Part shown: positions 59,701 to 64,000 of the stretch, one piece after another
Numbering within the stretch: position 1 is the first letter of the stretch
Layout: each line of letters begins with the position of its first letter
Source of the DNA: Octopus vulgaris
Lineage: Eukaryota
Direction of reading: 5' to 3'
NCBI GenBank assembly: GCA_951406725.2
Contig: OX597821.1
Coordinates: 24,986,001 to 25,050,000, forward strand
DNA length: 64,000 bases
Program-made: the position numbers and the translations under genes
The notes under the pieces: generated by a model
What the model saw: the letters and a program-made list of their open reading frames with translations, nothing else
What the model was told of the DNA's origin: nothing
Database searches by the model: none

Positions 59701-62700
59701 CCATGCATGTAAAGACTGGATCCAACAGACTCTGCAGAAAAGAACCTTCATGGTTCAATTGAGAGGAAGGCAACTTCAGCAATGCATTACGAAGTGTTTG
59801 GAGCAAGACAAGGCAAATGAGACATCTTGATCATCAACCACAGCATCCACCTCTATCCCCAGTCATCTCGGCCTGGTTTTACCACTGGATTGAAGATGGT
59901 CATGGACAAGAGAGTGAGTTTTACGATGCATGACTCCTCTTCACTTTAAACAAAGTCAAAGGATGACTATATGAAAGAGGATATAAGTAAAGTAATAATG
60001 ATACAGTATGTTTTTGTGGACAAGTTGTAAATAAATTTACATGTGTGTTTAATAAACATCTAGTCTCACTATGAAAACAGATCCCATGATTAAACTACAA
60101 AATTCTTACTGGGGAACAACTTGTCAAGCTTCAAGTCTTTATACGCTCTTTCACCCAATCTACAGTCGCCAATTAATCTACTGATTTGCAGATGAACAAA
60201 AACACTGCTGGTTGTTCATGGCATTTTTTACTAGCAGCTATAAGCTTCTCTCTCTCTAAGAGTAAGTAAATATTCCTGACGAGAATGTAAAGAATGGAAA
60301 ACTATTTGAGTTTGTTTTCATCTCATCCTGCAGGCACAACCCACCCTGTAGTTTAATATTTACATATGATGCTAAATGTATTGTCAAACATAAATATGTA
60401 AATATGTTTACAGCTTTTACACACACACACACACTCACTCACTCTCTCTCTCTCCCACTTAACTTACTGCCAGTGTATTCCATTCTTTATACAAACTTTG
60501 AAAAAACTGACAATATACACACACATTTATTGTGATGGTTTCTTTGTTTCTATATTGATATCTGTTGAAAATATCTTCAATATAGAAGTTCTAATGTAGG
60601 AGTGGAGCACAAATAACCACACTTGACCAAAAGCTGATCTCACACTAAATCATATACAATTTAATTTTGGTTAAAAACATCATTTTAAGCCGGTATGTAT
60701 ATTGTTTTCTCGAGTAAAGACCTTGAATCCCACATGCTCTGTACTAACTTCCCTTTTTGAACGCCCTACACTCATACTCCATCCATTATTCCTGGGAGGG
60801 TCATGGGGGTAGTGTTCACAGGTATCTCCTCCATAGGATCCTACCATGAGCAATTGTCATTACATTTCCCAGCTGGATTCCCAAACAACTGAGACCATGG
60901 ACTTTACCCAGCCATCTCAATGTCGATCAATCCCCAGATCTGCCAAGTTGGCTTGGCTTCAAGAAACCAATTTGTGACTCATTCATAGTAACAGAGCTGT
61001 GACCTCACAATGCAGACAAGCAATGGCTTGACCTGGAGAGACTCCCTGATCTATGAGTCCTACCAAATAACAATACTCCAGAGATCCTTTTGAGGAACCC
61101 CATTTTGGCTGCTTGTATTCACGATCATACTTTGTTGGTTACTGTCCATTTCATGACCGTAGGTAAGGACAGGCATGAAAACTGAATTGAAGATAGCATG
61201 TTTGACTTTTTTACCAACCTCTCCACTTCCAAGAATCACATGCTGGAGCTGGTCCATTACTGTGCCAGCACCTGCAATTCTCACATCAAATTCAGCCCCT
61301 TGTTTCCTATTACTCATGAACATAGCTCCAAGATACTTAAACGTCTCAACTTGTCTCAGTGATGTTCCACTAACATGCAGAGTACACTGGGAAAACTTTC
61401 TTGAGAGAACCTAGTGTCTCAACCTTCGCAACACTAATTCTCAACCATGCCTTGCTGCACTCGGCAGTGAGCCCGTTTAGTACATGCAGGAGAGTACCTT
61501 TCGAAAGCCAACCAGCACCATGTCATCTGCAAATATCAACTAACCAATCTACACCCACCAATCATGAGACAATTTCCACAATGGCAATCCACATGACAGT
61601 CCAGTTCATAAAATTTATGCTGACCCAAAATCAGTCTGTATAAATCAGTAAGAATTCTCAGTTACTCATATCAGTTTCTTTTCTCCCTCTCAGCAATGCA
61701 CTCTACACTCCCGGGTAACCATAAACGTTACCACATGACTATCATCTATTAACTAGTGTTATGATCTTACCTCCTGGCCACATACAACAAGCCTCACACT
61801 TCAGCCCAACAGTCTTTGAGTGAGGAGTCAGGCAACTGTATTGTTGAATCACTCATTAATTGCAGTTAGTAACAAAACATGAAACGAACCTCTCTAAAGT
61901 TATCCTCTGAGTAACTGAAGATGGAGTTAGAATCCTGCAGGGAAACACTAGTTCCATCTGTATTCAGTATCATATTTGACTGATTTCTCCACAAAAGGAT
62001 TGTAAGTTTTTGAAAAGGGAAGTGCAACCTGTTTAGCTGCACCCAGATTCACATCGACAGTGTATATCTGCATTTATATAAAGTCTCTACACAGCAACCC
62101 TCACACAATTCATCTCCTAACACACATACACACACCAATTCACCTCTCAAAACACAAGCACACATACATGCACATCACCATCACACACACACACACACAC
62201 ACACACGTGTGCACACATACACACCACTTCACCTTCCAACAGATTTTAAATCCTAATTTTCTCTTTTTATTTTAAAAATATTAATCCTTTAATTTTGATC
62301 CCTAGCTAACAGCTCCATTGATAGTTAACCCTTGGATGCTGGCTGTAATGATGAGGAGCTACTTAAAACAGATAATCACTAGTGAAGGGATCATTTATGA
62401 GAGATTCTGTTTTAATTCCTTGGGTAAGTTATAAACATTACATTCTGTAACAGGAGAGGGAGAGGAGAGTCAACAGTCTTCCTAAGCTCAACCCAATTGA
62501 AGGTCATAGGGCACCATCTGAGGTTTGGCCTTACTAATGGGGCTAAGCATGCATGATTCAGAGATGTAGAATCAAAATGAAACTTCAAAATCACCCAAAC
62601 TCATTAACCAGCTCATTTTCAAGATGCCTCAGTAAATCAGTAAAGCAGTGCCATTAGTGATTTAAGGGACAAATTTTGAGATTCACTAAATATTAAAACA

Positions 62701-62859
62701 GTGAACAATTCATCACATAAAGGGATGCTAAGGGGATGTTTTTTTTACAATAATACAGCAAAGATAATTGATGGTTGGAGGGATGCCTTCCAGAGAGAAA
62801 GATTGTTATATAAACATCATCTGAAGCCCATAGACTTGTATACAATATTTCTATATTAT

Positions 62860-62890
<31 letters not shown>

Positions 62891-64000
62891 CAAATATATA
62901 TAAATGGCAAAATATCTGCGTGTGTGTCCTTTACACAAATCCACAATTTTTCAGTTAGAGGGCTCGCACTTTCTATGGTCATTTAAAACCGTCCAATGGT
63001 GGTCGTGCACATCTTTACATTTTCCCAGTCACCCCGCAAAGCCATTAAAAAATCAATAGAAGTGATTTTTGGTGAATTTTCTATCCAAAACCCAATCAAA
63101 ATGCCCAAAACTTGATACATCAATTGAATGCCAGCTAGCTGTATGTGATTGGTTGGAGATTTGGACAGTACTCGCGTGTATGTGCGCACGCAGCTGTATA
63201 TGCATGCACTAGCACTATGACCCTACGTTACTGGCTCATAATGCTAGTACAAATATATTAAAGTTCTTAAATAGGAGAGTTTAATGGAGAAGAGAAAAAC
63301 TTTCAGAAAATTCTTAGAGCAGTTTCGTTGAAGAATGGTTGTTCAACATTAGTGCAGGACCCCCTTAGCAGCATTATAGGCCTCCAGGGAAATCAGTGCA
63401 CTTGGCTCTTTAGTATTTACTTGTTGATAGCATGCCGTAACATACATAGATCAGAATTGGGCCTCAGGGCAACTGCCCAGTGCATCCATGCCTTAAGAAA
63501 GCACTGCATGGATAAGCTTCAACTTCCAGGTAAGGGGTTCAAATAAAAGACCCACCCTTGAAATGGAGTCTAACTCTAGATAAGACCTGACTGAGCAGAT
63601 CTCGGATCAAAGAATATTTTAGCCCTGACAAGCATGTCTTGATTGCATTCCGTATTAAATGTCTAATGGGTCCTTCCTTATTTAAGATCCGTACAACCAC
63701 AAAGCTCCCACATTGACTTGACAGATCCAGCTTGGTCAATAGATTAGGATGTTCAGTTTCTCTGGATACTATGATAGACAACAACAGGAAAAACACCAAC
63801 TTCATAGCAGCAATCATTCACCATGTTAATTAGTTAGAAAGAAGCATGGTTAATAAAAACACCAAAAAATGGCAAAAAAAAAAAAAAAAAATAGTAAACA
63901 TGCAGAACTAATTCTATTTTACAACTGCCACAATTTGCCATCTCCTGTAACTCCTATCTTTTGTGTAATGGGAACTTTTTTGATTTTTTTTTTTCTTTTA

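Noticed and set aside
60270-61940. Further upstream RB1CC1 exons (acceptor-like sites near 60345 and 61935)
   Set aside because: I could not find an open, coiled-coil-like frame with both splice sites; the upstream exons probably lie outside the window.
63300-63820. Possible L1/Tx1 3' remnant on the minus strand
   Set aside because: The composition is TE-like, but I could not read a diagnostic motif with confidence.

Overview
AT-rich, microsatellite- and transposon-laden eukaryotic (animal) genomic DNA, not prokaryotic. The SINE and RTE repertoire looks like that of Octopus, which is my recognition and not a database result. Two spliced genes converge tail-to-tail, and I rebuilt both by hand from GT-AG sites with consistent phases. 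(1) Plus strand: 11 in-window coding exons (776-41121, open at the 5' end, 531 aa in window) with a long Ser/Lys-rich region ending in a Cor1/SYCP3-type coiled coil. This is a synaptonemal-complex axis protein whose length and architecture point to SYCP2. (2) Minus strand: 9 in-window exons (55790-41545) encoding the coiled-coil end and Atg11/Claw domain of RB1CC1/FIP200, followed by an unusual Ser/Thr-rich tail. The introns hold a nearly intact RTE-clade LINE with a PHD-like Zn finger inside the RT region, joined tail-to-tail with a second RTE. They also hold degenerate L1/Tx1, Hero, Tc1/mariner, piggyBac-MITE, Helitron-like and Penelope-like remnants and several tRNA-derived SINE families. 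The most novel-looking signals are a repeated H-type pseudoknot-like module in the RTE 3' UTRs that coincides with inversion junctions, the tail-to-tail RTE fold-back, and likely overlap of the two genes' 3' UTRs. I found no CRISPR array and no real tRNA or rRNA gene.
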